The notes below the pieces were generated by a model. That model was given only the letters and a program-made list of their open reading frames with translations, ran no database searches and was not told the DNA's origin. 64,000 bases of DNA, taken from contig NW_027117341.1 of NCBI RefSeq assembly GCF_038025025.1, forward strand, positions 434,001 to 498,000, in the 5' to 3' direction. The position numbers and the translations under genes are program-made. This DNA is from Phyllosticta citribraziliensis (Eukaryota). Below are positions 24,396-37,336 of this stretch, piece after piece; position 1 is the stretch's first letter, and the number at the start of each line of letters is the position of its first letter.

Positions 24396-25337
24396 AACGA
24401 CAAACAGAAGCATCGCATGGACCGAGATCAAAAAAGCAGCGAAGAGAAGAGAGGAGCAGCAGTTGTTGATTGTACACAACACACAACACACGCACCGCTA
24501 GGGCGACATGCTTCCATACTATTCAAAGCATCCAAGCAGAAGAGAGGAAGAGGATATGTGGTGGAGGAGGAGGAGTCTGTTGACGAAGAGAACAAAGTGT
24601 GAACCAAAAAAAAAAGAAGAAGCGGAGAAGGAAGAGAGTAGCACCCATCCATCATCCAGCGGCGGTGGTAACCAGAGAACCATTCAGATCCAATCGTACA
24701 CAGCGACAACGACGGCAACAACACCAACGAGAGCAGCAGTAGCAGCAGCAACGACAACAGACGCAAGAGGTGTTTGTTGTAATGGTGATGGTATGGTCGA
24801 GGGAGGGAGAGGAAAGATTGAGAAAAGGGGGGAGTCGGTCAGCGACAACAACAGTGACAAAATGAGTCAGACAGAGAAGGAAAAAACGACGCATGACGTG
24901 ACGAACCTTGCCGCAAGACGGCAAAAAGGCAGCAGCAGCCAAGAAGTGAATCAAAAGGTGAACAGAAAAAAAAGAGACGCCGTAAAACGTACAACTGCCA
25001 GGCCCAGCCACCATCGCCTTCTCCGGGCCAGGCTACTTATTTCACAAACTCTTCCCCCGCAACATACGAACCGACTGACCGCGCCGGTGCTGAAGAGGAG
25101 ACACAAAAAGGGGGGCAATGACGACAATGATGTGGAAGAGTGGAATGAAGGAAGTGTGAACAGAACAAAAAAAAACGCGTGGCGTAATGACGACAACAAG
25201 CCTCGTGGAAGGAACCAAAACAACGACTAAACCAATCGCTTAGCAATCACACATCAATACAAGACGCAAAAGGTCGAGCCGAATCAAATCGAAGCGCAGC
25301 GAGCGCAACCCCGTCATGTCGCGTAACATGGCCGTCA

Positions 25338-28300
25338 TTAGATTTGGTTCACCGTCACAGCGGCGAGCTCATCTTCAGGTGCGAAGACGGCCTTGTTGTT
25401 TTCGAGCAGCGCCTGAATGGCGTTGCGCTGAGGGCCCATGTCTGTCATTTCGCGCTCGATGCTCATCGGCCGCATAACTGTAGGGGCGAACACGACGGCG
25501 AGGTTGACGGCGGTCATCTGAAGGATCTTGCATTAGCCGCAGTCTCAGGGCGTCGGCGCGGATGACGTCTGATCATTGTGTCCCAAATGCACGTTTCACA
25601 AGACGAGACGAAACCAGGGGGATTGTACGACTTACCAAATTCTCCTTTTTGTGCTCCATGACACGGGCAAGATGGAATATCAGAAACTCTAGGCAGTTGC
25701 GGTGGTGGTTGGGGAGGTTGTCAATGGCGCGGCGCATGGCGAGGACCTGCTTCTCGATGTCTTGCATTTGGCCGGCAGATAGAATGTCGTCATACACGTC
25801 AAAGGTGATGAGTGGGTTTGGCAGTCGGCGGAAGTACTGCTTGAGGGCTGACGTGACGGCGTGAATGTCGAGGTCGGGATCGGAAATGTCGTACTCGGCG
25901 TCCTTTTCGAAGCCCGTGCGGACCTGATTCACCTGGCTGGAGCCACCGCTCTTGCGATAGATGCCTTCGACGTCGACGCCTGTGACGGTTAGCACCATCT
26001 TGACATGATGGAGAAAAGCACACACCTCTAAGCTCCACCTCCTGAATGCACCTGCGGACAATGCTCGGCACGGTGGCCTTTTCAAACTCGCAACGCTCAA
26101 CCAAGTCAGCACCAAACAGAGACTCCGCCGCAGACACGTTGGTAGTGCTGTTGTTGTAACCGTGAGTTGGCTTGGGCATCTGGACTGGCTTCTGCTGGCT
26201 GCCTTGACTGCCGCCTCCGAAGAATCCAAACCCTCCCTTTTTAGGATCAAGGCTGACCTTGGACGCAATGGACGGGTCAGAAGACGGTTGCATGCCGGCC
26301 GATATGGAGCCGTATGGCACACCGCCGAGGGTCAGACCATCGTGGCGCTCATACGGCTGCTGCGACGCGAATGCGCCCTTGAGACCCTTGGTAACGTTCT
26401 TGGCAACGGCCTGTCCGCCCTTTTTCCAGTTGAACTTGTTGGCCTTGGTCTTGCGAATGTCGACAACTTTGGGCGCTGCGAGGACAGTCGGTTCTTCCGG
26501 GTCGTTGACAAGATTTTGCATGTGGTGCTCCTGGACGGCGCGTTGGAGGTCGGTGATGCTGACTTCTGCTTTGGACTCTTTTTCGACATTAGTGTGGTAG
26601 ATTCCGAGACCATTGGTTGCTGTTGGGATCCCACCGTCGAGGCCATTTGGACCGCGCTTGAGGTTTTCCGTGATGCCGTGGAATAGCGAGTTGTTGAGTT
26701 CCATGAGCTGCGAGTTCTTCTGGCTAAGAGACTCGAATTCTTGGTAACCCTTGTCCTTCATCTTGATGAGGCTGAAAATGTCCTCGTTGACCTCGTTCCT
26801 CTTTTGCACGAGCTCCTCAATCTCGGCAATGGCCTTGGCCTTGAAGGTGTCCAGCTCGGCAGCAAAGTCGCGGAAAAAGGCAGACTGGAAGGACTGCAGG
26901 TCCAGAGGCTTCTTCTGTTCCTTGGCCGCCTTGAGATGTTCCGTCATGAGATCCAACTCCCGCATGACGACCTCGCGCTGCGTATCGAGCACGGCAATGG
27001 TTGACCTCTTTTCCTTGAGCTCGCTGTTGACCTGTCGGATGTCGGACGATTTGCTGGCCGACTCGCGCAGGCCAGTCGCCTCCGTCTCCAGCTCCGAGAT
27101 GCGCTGTTGTGCGGAACGAAGCTGGGCTCTCAAAAAGGCTGTCTCCTCCTTGTGGTCGGGCGATGTCGCAATTGGACTGGAAATCTCCAAACCTCCATTC
27201 ACAGGAGACTTCCACTTTTGGGTTGACGGAGCCCTGACGACTCCGCCGCCCCTGTCACTGAAACTGCGGCCATGCTTGACGGCGTTGGAAACGCGTCTCA
27301 GCACGGAGTTAGTGTCCCCGTCGCTGTCCCGGAAGATGCGCGCCATTTCGTCATCCACCGAAAAGTCTCCTCCCGCGCTGTATCGGAGCAAGTTGGGCGA
27401 CACGGGTTGCGATCCGTCGCTGAGCGTGCTACTAATGGACTCTTGGTGCAGCTTGTGCCCGCCTTGCGGAGGTTGCGGCGGTGCTCGTGGAGCGGTGAAA
27501 GAATCGCCAGCCTCCTTTGTTCCATGATACTGCGGTCGTGAAGCGGAGCGAGGAGGCACGTCCATGATGCTTCTCGATGTCGGGGACTCGACCGGCTTTG
27601 AGATTGTCAGACCGCCATTCATTGTTGCAAGCGTGTTGATGTCTCGGTTCGCCAATGCAGAGTTTGCAGACGCCTTGCGCTCGTGCGACGGCTTCGGAGC
27701 GGTAGGAGTTGATGGCGACGACTCTTTCCGAGTGGAGTGGTGATGGCTCAGCGAATCGCCTCTCTTGGGCCGCTCCACAACCTGCTGCGGCACTCCGAGA
27801 GGAGCAGCCATCGGGCCCGGCTCATCTCCGCGCTCATAGTCCTGCGAAGTGGGCGTGTAGCTCGAGCTTGCAGACACAGGAGACGTAATGGCGCTCGACT
27901 CGGATTGGGGCCCCCGGCTGGAAGCTTCTCGTGGAGCAGCGTCGACCGGAGAGTGCAGATCCGATCTCGAACGGGTCCGGCTGACCTTGCGGTCCTTGGG
28001 CACCTCTTGCAACTTGAAGCCCTCGCCGAGCGCCGGTGCATTGGGCGTTGCGCTTGAAGTCTGGGCGCGCGACCGTTCACCGGGTGTTGCGGAGGCAGCC
28101 CCAACCTCCTTGCGACGAATGCCGTCGTTTGGCGCCCGGCTTCGTTCTTGGAACGCAATGTGTGGACTCGACGTGGACTTGTTCCTCCGCTCGAGCGAGC
28201 TCGACCGCGACGAGGCGTGGTGTTCCTTGAGCACATCTCGATGTGAGCTTGTGCTGCTGCCTGGTTTCCCACCGTTGAAGTAGTCTCTCGGATTCTTTTC

Positions 28301-29349
28301 GTCCTCGGACCTGTTCTGCGACCTGCTGTCGGCGAGCGGCGACGGGCCGGGGACGGGGTTGGGGTCGAGGGCAAAAGGAACATTTGCAAAAGTTCCGTCG
28401 TCGCTATCGAGGTTCGGCATGTCCGATTTCCGCTTTTCGCGATAGGTACTTGCGGGCAGCATCTGTGGCTCTGGCCGGGCGTTAGCGCTGCGAGAAGACT
28501 CCAGCTCGAGCAACAATTACCATTCTGGTGCTCCAAAGAGGCCGGCGAAGCATCTCTCCGCAAGCTCGGTGCGTGATCACGCACAGGCTTTGCTTGGCGG
28601 AGGTTTGGTGAGGGCTCCTCGGGAGTCTCGATCTCAGGGAGCGACTCATTATCTGGCTGAAAGGTCGTCTGAGGGAGGGCTTGCGGCGGCAGGGCAGGAA
28701 GCGACTTGTCCAGGACTACTGGAGCCTTGCTCTCTGCCTGCTGCTGGCGATTAGCCTTTGACTTTTTCCTCCGACGCGCCATGAGGGACTCATGGCAGCT
28801 CATGCAAAAGATGCCTTGGGAAGTCCTTGCATAACGGAGATTTTCAATCTTGCGCTTGCAGTTCCGACAGCGAAAGCAGCTTGCGCAAAAGGCCTGGTCT
28901 CCGGTGAGTATGGCGAGGTCCTCAATCTTGTTGCCACAGGCGCTGCAGCAGTAGGTGCAGTTGTTGCAAATGAGAGAGCCGTCGCCGAGGAGGAGCAGGT
29001 TGGCGTCCGAGTCGAGGAGGGTGCCGCAGGTGTTGCATCGGAAGCAGTCTATATGCCAGCGGTTGCCAGCTGCGAGGGAGTCAGTCTCTACGGCGCCCAT
29101 GATGTGTTTGTTGTGAAATGTGGGGTGGGGTTGGGTTGGGTGTGCAGAGGGGGGGGATCAAGGAGGGAGGTCAGGGGAGAAGCGCACCCAACTCAAAGGC
29201 CTTGCCCTCTTCGAGAACCTTGGATCGTGTCAGCGTCGTGTTAGCATGCCAATTGAACGTGGATTGCCTACTTCGCCGCAGCCCTTGCAGTGGTAAATGA
29301 CGTCGACGTCGTCCATTGGGGACTCTGGGTAACCGCTTGGCGAGTCCAT
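25338..29349 (-). CDS. RGA1: Rho GTPase-activating protein with two N-terminal LIM domains, coiled coil and C-terminal RhoGAP (Rga1/Rga2 family)
   Basis: Exons 29349-29272, 29218-29188, 29069-28521, 28470-26026, 25979-25636, 25517-25338. LIM motifs 'CKGCGEVLEEGKAFELAGNRWHIDCFRCNTC' and 'CSACGNKI...CASCFRCRNC'. GAP motifs 'EGIYRKSG', 'AVTSALKQYFRRLPNPL', 'NLMTAVNLAVVFAPT'. Confidence 0.9.
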
Positions 29350-31787
29350 TGTCGGGCGAGGCAGCGAGGGACGGCGACGGAGATGCGGCAAAAGAGCGTG
29401 TCAAAGGCACGACGAGGAGAAATCTGAAGGCGGGCGAGTCGCGAGCGAGGGCCCAGGGGCGCGGTAGGGCTGGGCGGGGGTCTTGGTGTCGTGAGGAATT
29501 AAGGGAGAGGGCGGCAGGAGAGACGTTGGACTGCGACCGCTCGCATGACAGGGCGCGACGGACGGGAGGCAACGAGCGGCAGGACTGGACGGGGTCGAAT
29601 CGGGGCGACGAGGCTCTTGAGGGCGGGGCAGGCTGTCGTTGAGGAGGGCGAGCTGCGGCGGGCGTGGTGGTGGAGCGAGAGGAGAGAAGACTGGACTGGA
29701 CTGGACTTAGGGTACGGGCAGCAGAAGCAGAGATGTGGGTGCGGGTGTGGGAGACGGAGACGGAGACGATGTCTGGCTTGGCTTGGCGATTCTGGGGCGG
29801 GCGGGAGGCGACCGCGACCACGACCACGGCCAAGACCACGAACGACCTAGGCCCAGAACCGAAGCCGACTACTGGGAGTAGTTCAGGGTCTGCAGCCTCA
29901 ATTCCAGTTCTGCGAGCGGTTAGGCAATTGCTTGGTCATGCAGTCTATGTACACACACACAAGTGACAGGTAACTAACCTTGGCCAATTCTCAGACCTCA
30001 GACGTCCGAAAGCTGCTGAGCTGATTGTTGGAGCGGAGGTGAGGTGCAGGTGCAGGTGCAGGGCAGGTGCAGGGCAGGTGCAGCTGGCGCGCGAGTCATG
30101 CGGGGCGGGCTTGAATCAGTTGCTGGAGCGGCGGGCCTTGAAACCTGACCTGAAGCCCTGAAGCTCTACAGGCACTGCTGCTCCTCCTCTCCTCTCTCCT
30201 CCTCTCCTCCTCCGCCGTCTGCTTCCGCGCACACGTGTCCACCTCAGTCAAATCACCACCAGCACCAGCACCAGCCTGCGACCCGTGGCGGCACCGGTCA
30301 GCCAGATGCCAGCTCCAACCGTCCTTGTTGGTCAGAACACCGTCTTCGAAACCCCATCACCGCGTCCCCTGCATCCGTCTTCAGCGCAACCACCCACCAC
30401 TGACCACACACGCCGCAAACCCGACGTGCGCCACTCGAATCCCGCATGACGAACACGCAAGGGTCCCGCACATGGGTTCCCGGGACACTCCCGACGTCTG
30501 CCACACCACGCCTCCACCACCAAATGTGCTTCTCATTTCCACGTCTCTGCCAACGAGACACCAGCGTCGTCCCGCTAGCACTATCCCACGTTCCGCCCAC
30601 TCCATCATCATCATGTCTCCCATGCTCCTCCACAACCCCCCCCCCCCCCATCATCCACTCACGCACTCACCGCGCCTCCCCCTTGAACCCCCCTTGGATC
30701 ACTTGCTGCTCCATCGCCACCCCTGCCCTGCAAGCCACATCACACAAACCGCACCCGACGCCTTGCCTCGATTGCGCTCAGGTCGCTGCAACCGCGGCAC
30801 TGCGGCCGTGGCGCCGGCCGAGCGCGCGAACCACTGCCCAAAAAGAAACCATCCAACACGCGCGTCGCGGCCGCCCGTGTGTAGTTATCAAAGTCGCCGG
30901 CAAGGAAACATGCGGACGCGAGCAGCAGACGCCATGTTTCCGTGCACAAGACGGACTCTGTTGATCTGTTGATCTGTTGATCACCGCCACTGCCTTGCGA
31001 CCCTTCATGAACATCTGCTCGCTTTCCATTTACCTACCTAACCACACCCATACATGCCCTTCTCACTACACATCCTCCTCCCTCGCGCACTCATTCCCAC
31101 GCCTGTGGTTAAACTTCATCACCCCGTGCGCTTAACGCGCCTGAGTAATGCGCGCCCTGCTTACATGCTTTTTCTTTTCTCCGGCCTTGGTTGCCAACCA
31201 ACCAACCAACCTTTTGCACAAGCTACGGGGTCTAGACTCTGAGCTCTGGGCAAGGCCGGGGAGCAGTGCGCGCGCGGGTGCTTTTACCAATCGCTTAGGT
31301 TTGGCGTCAGGTTAGGGTTGAGGAACCAACTCGAAAATGGCCTTGTTTGTCCTCGTCCTTAGATTCAAGGCAGGCAGGCAGGCTGGCAGATAGACATGCC
31401 AAACCACCACAGCGATAAGATATATAAAATATCCATAAGAATAAAAAAAAAAACATCCAACCAACCTACGTACGTACTAAAAGTATATCTACCAATGAAC
31501 AACCATCCAACGGACCGGCCGTGTCGAGGCCATGCAGTCAGCGACGACCAGACCAGACCAGACCAGACCAAATCACAGAAACGACTTGGAAAAGACAAGA
31601 CGAGAGAGAAGAAGAAGGGAGATAAATCTGCCCCGCTCTCTCTTTTGAGGTGCTTGACTAAAAGGAAAACCCGATCCCGATCCCTCCACTAAACGCCTCA
31701 AGACCCATCCGCACCCTACCGTCCCTACCTACCTTATCCTACCCGTCCCATCCCATACCGACCCAGCCCCAACCCCACCCCCATCCA

Positions 31788-31816
31788 CCCCCCCCCCCCC
31801 CCCCCCCCCCCCCCCC
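31788..31816. repeat. Poly-C homopolymer (29 nt) within a C-rich tract
   Basis: Uninterrupted C run, flanked by ccca/cccc repeats from about 31705 to 31870. Confidence 0.9.
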
Positions 31817-32388
31817 GTCCCACAATCCACCTAGCCCACACACACACCCCTGGTGAATCCACCACCCCCCTGAACCCATTACTGACAGTCCACGCATGCA
31901 CCACGTGCCTCAATTCTCTGGGGCAGACAGAGAGCAGTGTAGCAGTGGGAGAAGAAGAAGAGAAAAGGACTAGAAGAGCAGAGACCGTGACAGGCAGGCC
32001 AAAAGAGACAAGACAAGACACGCAACAACAGCCATATGCATGCCCTTCTATCCCATCCATCCCTCCATCAACCATGCATGCACTCTGGGGGGCAATCCAT
32101 CGACGGCAGTACCAGCAGAAGTAGTAGTGATCTATGCGTCCATGCGTCCGTCCGTCCGCCAAATCGAAGAAAAAAAAAAAAAGAGACAACAAGAAGAAGA
32201 AAAAGGCAAAAGGCGGACAAAAGTCGAAGCCAGGCCGGGCTCACCATGGGCCGAAACCAAGCAACCAAGTCTCAAGTCTCGCCCAAGAAGGCTGACACAA
32301 CCGTACGTCGGCCCTCTCAACGACAAACAGACACAGACGCAGACGCCGCAAAACTTTTTCCTCGCCACCAAAACAAGACCGCTCCCAA

Positions 32389-35300
32389 CTACGACCTGAC
32401 CTTGCGCGCGAGGTAGTACGTGATGAGATTGACGTGGCCGGCATCCGCACCGGCTAGCGCGCGCCAGAAAGCGCCGCCCTTGTCCTTCTCCTTGGCCTCC
32501 TCGGGATGCTCCTCGCCGCCGTCGGCGCCGCTGAGCCGCTCGTACAGCGCGACGCAGAACTCCATGTCGGCGCGGCGCACGTCCGGGTCGAAGCTGGTGA
32601 GGAACGACACGGCGAGGCGGCCGAGGCGCCGCGCTTGCTCTTCCGTCAGCGTGGCCGCCTTGCCCGGCGGCGACGTGAGAATTGTCGAGAGCGTGTGCAG
32701 GGCGAGCGTGGTGGAGCGGTTCGAGTTGGGGGCGGCGGCGTCGGGAGAGACAGGAGAGGCGGGCGAGGAACTGGTGGGAGCGTCGCGGGCGAGGCTTTCG
32801 AGGAGTTCGCTGAGCGCTCCGATGCACACGGCTGCGTCGCCGTTGCGCACAATCTCGTCGGCCGTCTTTTCAATCTCCACGGTGATGTGCGAGGCCGATC
32901 CCCACTGCGCGCGGGCAGAAATGACGGAGCAGAGCGCGCGCGCATTGTATGGCGCCGCCTTTTTGCGGTGCAGGGAAATCATGGCGCGAATTGTGCCCAA
33001 CACTTGCGTCTTGAGATTCATCGCCTTGATGCTGGGGGTTTTGGGGTCAGTTGGCGCTTCGAGGTACTCGAGCATGGCGAGGACGAGCTCGCCGAAACGC
33101 TCGTCGCGCTCTCCCCAAATGTCCATGTTTCCCTTGACTACCTCCTGTAGACGTCGGAATCCGTGCGCATCAAGCGACTTGGCCTTGATGCGCTCGATGC
33201 CGCTCGAGAGCAAGCGGCGAGTACGGAGGACTTCGGCGCGATCCTGCACCACTTCTTGACCGTTTGCCTCGACCGTCTTCTGTGACTCGCCGTTTGCTTG
33301 AGACAAGTCAGCGTCGGCTATGCGGTTTTGCTCATTGACAGGAACCTCCTCAAGAACTGGCTTTTCATCAGTGGATGGCTGGGGCGCGGTACCATCATTC
33401 TCCACAAATGGGTCCTCAAACACCTTGACCTCTTCGCCGTTAGCTGGAGTCTGACTGCGCTCGGGGGATTTGAAAATGGGGCTCTTGCTGCCTTGCGCCA
33501 AAGCACTGAGCTGGGGGGAAGAAATTTCGATGGCGTCTGAGAGAGGTCTGGATGTGGTGGGTTGAGGCGAGCTTGTTTGGGCGGGCCGAACGTTTTCGGA
33601 CTGTGAAAGTGCAACCTTCGGTATAACCATGGTAAAGGTGTCCTCTGCAGTAGAATCGGTTGCTACGTTCTCAGGCGCCTTTGCTTCTTCCGAACGCTGG
33701 TTCATGGGAACAACCATGGTAAAGTCCTCAACCTTGGATGGGCTGCTTGGTGGGCTTTCGGCACTGGGAGTTTTGCGATGGCCCGGAGCTTCGAGGCGAG
33801 ATTTGGGTCTCACAGGGCTCATGGCCGGGCTATCTCTTGACCCAGTCGGCGCACGAGGCCTGGAGACGCCCTTCATGGTGTTGTATTTCCGGGCGGTCGT
33901 CGACTTCTCCGGGCTGTTGGACGGGCTCATGTCAGGAGTCGCAGCCTGAGCCTCCTTGTTTCTGGCTGCATAAGGGTCTGCGGTCTGAGGACGGGGCACC
34001 ATTCTAGGCCGGCGAGGTTTGGAGGTCAGCGTGCCGCCTGCATTGGTCGATGAAGGCGCCTGTGAGCCTGGGCCGCGCGATGTGGAAAAGGACGAGGGAG
34101 GGCGAGAGTTGGTGGATTTTGCGAGAGAGCCTGCTGGATGACGATCACCAGCAGCAGATGTGGATTTGACTGGAGAAAAGGTAGACTGTGCCGAATTTGG
34201 GCGCTCTATTTTGCGTGCTGCTGCTCTTTGCGCAGCGATGGCGTCTCGGAGAGACGTTCGAGACGGCTGCGACTTCAACCTGCCAAGAGTTCCCTTGCTG
34301 TTTCCTGCGGCTGGAGCATTGGGGTTGTTGGGATCTCTCTGAAGAGCTGATGCCTGCTTGGCATCAAGAGTCTCCATGATACTGCTTCGAGGTTAGCATA
34401 GCAAAGTAGAACCGGCGGAACAAACATACGCTTCTCCTTTTTCAGGCCAGATTTTGGCAAAAACCCAGTATGTTGATCTAAACCCCTCCTTCACCTTGGG
34501 GTTCGCATCTCCGAGACCTTTTTTGATTAGAGTGATGGTAGAATCCAATCCGCCACTGTGCTCAAACTGGGCCTTGTGCGTTGCGTTTCTCTGGCACAAT
34601 GTCTTGATCCACCCAGCGGCGGACGAGCGAACCTGGACGTTCTTGTCGGCAACGGCAAATCCGACGTGCTGCAGCATCCGTGGCGTGTATGTGGTGTTGG
34701 CAAAAATCGTATCTACCGTCACGAAACCGTTTTGCGCGGCAATTGACTTTGTGTTTGCGCTCATCTTGATAAATGTCTGGAGTAGAATTTCGACCATGTG
34801 GTCGATGGCGGGACCAAGAGTTTTGGCAAGTTCTTGAACCAGCTGACATCCGTTGGAGGACATGGTCGTCCGAAGTGATGATGCGACCTTGATGATGCCA
34901 TCGAGAAGGCTCTTGATGCCTGGCACAAAGGTCTGACCGTACTCGGTAGGCGCATTGCCCTTGAGCAAGCGGCGCAGCTTTGTGACATTCCTATCTCTTG
35001 CCAGCCAATTGTGCTCCGTCTCCCTGCCTTCGAAAGGTGGCAACATGTCTCTGAACATGTCGTCGAGCTCTCGTTGCGTGTAGACATACATGGGATCCAT
35101 TGTCAAAACCTCTGGCGGAGGCGCTTGAGCATCAGCTTCGCTTTCAGCTGGCGTTTGGGCTGCAGACGCCGTCGATGCTTTGAGGTCAACTTCGACACTA
35201 CCAGGCAGGCCAAGGTTTGCGATGATGTAATTTGCGATCGTCTTGCGGACATTGTGACTGGATAGTTGCTTTTTGAGGTCGTTTTTGGCGCGGTCGGGGG

Positions 35301-35991
35301 CGTTTCTAGAAATTTCCTGTCAGCATCTGACCATGCGGAACAAAATTCAATCTTGTGTGACCAACCTGAACAGCTCGACGACGGCCGATTTGGCCGTCTC
35401 GCGTACAGAGCCATCGGAATCTTCGAGATTGGCGACTAGATAGGGGACAAAACTCTTGAATGGCAAAGAATCGGTCGCATGCATCTACAGTCTGTTAGGA
35501 ATGTGTGGCGCATATTCTGGCGCTTGGCTGACCTTGACAACCCACTGCATAGCGTGCTCTTTGGCCTTGGAGTTCTGGCCGCCCAGCGCGCCTTCGCGGA
35601 TGACGCCCTCAACGCCGCCATGGTTGTACGGCCACAGGTCTGAGAGGGCTTGCTGGGCAGCGATGCGATGGCCTTCCCTAGGGTCGGCCAGGCGGTCTTG
35701 CAAGACGGGAAGCAATTGTTTCGACTGGGCGGCGATGATGGAGGTCTGCGACTGCAGGCTGAGGCGCTTGATGAGGTGGGACAGGGTTGAAAGGCCGGTG
35801 GCGACGAGGGTCGACGAAGCCTGGGAGGCAATGGCTAGGCGCACGCATTCGAAGATGTTGATCTGCGCCCCTTCAGGCACGCGCAGGTGCTTGATGGACG
35901 ACTTGAGGTCGTTGAAGAGTTTGATTTTCTGGTCGATGGGAACGGTCGGTCGCTTCAGCGTGGCCAAAAGGCTGGCGGCCTGGTCCTCCAT
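32389..35991 (-). CDS. STU1: CLASP-family microtubule stabiliser Stu1 (TOG/HEAT repeats)
   Basis: Exons 35991-35533, 35484-35366, 35305-34430, 34381-32389. CLASP-N motifs 'FEGRETEHNW', 'SLRTTMSSNGCQLV', 'DKNVQVR', 'DANPKVKE' and C-terminal 'DPDVRRA...NLITYYLAR'. Confidence 0.92.
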
Positions 35992-36303
35992 GGCTGAAGG
36001 ATGTGGCGTGGAGCGGATCGTGCTGGGCGCTGGGAATGGGAGAGAGATGAAGTTGTGTTGACGACTGGAAGTTGCGGCGGCGGCAAGGCCAAACAAGGCC
36101 CGTGCGCCTATAGACGGGAGAGCCCCAACCAGTCCCCTGCCCGCTCTCCTCCGCATCCTTGACTGCAGCCCCTGTGCATATCATGGCACCCGCCCAAGCC
36201 CGACTCCAATCTGGCCTGTCCGCAAGGGACTCTTCAGAACCATTCCAGGCTCTCGTACAGTCGTAGCTACTGGACGTACAATAAACACTGCCCGGTCCCG
36301 TGA

Positions 36304-37125
36304 ATGGCGCCCACCCCCGTCTACTTCCAGCTCGCCATGTCTCCCGCCGTCTCCACCTCAACCTCAGCCTCGAAGAAGCACCTCTCCAAACACAAGCCGC
36401 TGCTCCGTCTCGAGCTGCGCGACCTGGGCCACGATGGCACCAAAGCATTCCTCGACCATCTCGACGCCACTTCCGTCGTCGACGAAGCTGTTTCCGGCGT
36501 CCTGGACTGGCTCTACTCGCCGCACTCGATCATCCCGCCCGTGCGCTCCATCACCCTCGTCCTCCGCTCCATGGGTGGAGTCGCTTACACAACGGGCATT
36601 GACCTCGACCCGGACCACCACAAGGAGATTCACTTTAACCTAGACTACATCAAGGGCATCAAAAAGGAGCGCCGCAAGGACGAGATGCTCGGTGTCATCC
36701 GCCACGAGATGGTGCACTGCTGGCAGTGGAACGCCCTCGGCACCGCTCCTGGCGGCCTGATTGAGGGCATCGCTGACTACGTCCGCCTGCGCAGCGGCTT
36801 CGTCCCGCCGCACTGGAAGCAATCGGCCGACGGTGACTGGGACGCTGGGTACCAGCACACGGGCTACTTTTTGGATTATCTGGAGAAGACCTACGGCGAT
36901 GGAAGCGTCATTGCCATTAACGAAGCCCTCAGATCCAAAGAATATTGCGAAGAAAAGCTCTGGGAAGAGCTTTTTGGAAAGCCGGTTCAGAAACTCTGGA
37001 AGGAGTACAGTCATGCCCTCGACCGGAAGCACGGTGACAAGGACAAAGAGAAGGATGAAGACGAAAAATGTCCAGAAGGAAAGGACAAGGAAAAGGCAGA
37101 TCCCAGTGTCTCTGTCGGAGCTTGA
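36304..37125 (+). CDS. BSP (basic secretory protein)-family putative zinc metallopeptidase
   Basis: Intronless ORF; start could be 36304 or 36337. Motifs 'GVAYT', 'HEMVHCWQW', 'PGGLIEGIADYVRL', 'WDAGYQHTGYFLDYLE'. Confidence 0.88.
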   Translation: MAPTPVYFQLAMSPAVSTSTSASKKHLSKHKPLLRLELRDLGHDGTKAFLDHLDATSVVDEAVSGVLDWLYSPHSIIPPVRSITLVLRSMGGVAYTTGIDLDPDHHKEIHFNLDYIKGIKKERRKDEMLGVIRHEMVHCWQWNALGTAPGGLIEGIADYVRLRSGFVPPHWKQSADGDWDAGYQHTGYFLDYLEKTYGDGSVIAINEALRSKEYCEEKLWEELFGKPVQKLWKEYSHALDRKHGDKDKEKDEDEKCPEGKDKEKADPSVSVGA

Positions 37126-37336
37126 ACTGAAAGGTTTTGGTCTTGGTGGACGTCTGAAATGGTGTCTTGGTGTTCTCTACTCAGCCTTTCTAATAAGCCA
37201 CGTCTTGGAAGAAATCTTGAAAGTAACTCGGCGCTGGAACGCTTCGCTGGAGGAAGTGGCAGTATAAAACAAGCTGTCTAGCAGCTGGATGTTCCAAGAA
37301 AAGAATTGAAGAAATCTCTACTCAAACGTCCCCAGT

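Noticed and set aside
24508..25230. 240-aa plus-strand ORF
   Set aside because: Low-complexity translation of A-rich simple repeats opposite the probable RhoGAP 3' UTR.
31311..31320. CAACCCTAAC on the minus strand, resembling a telomerase RNA template in a large intergenic gap
   Set aside because: A single 10-mer among several allowed permutations is plausible by chance in 64 kb, and I could not identify a pseudoknot or CR4/5 element. An Infernal search with Pezizomycotina TR models would settle it.
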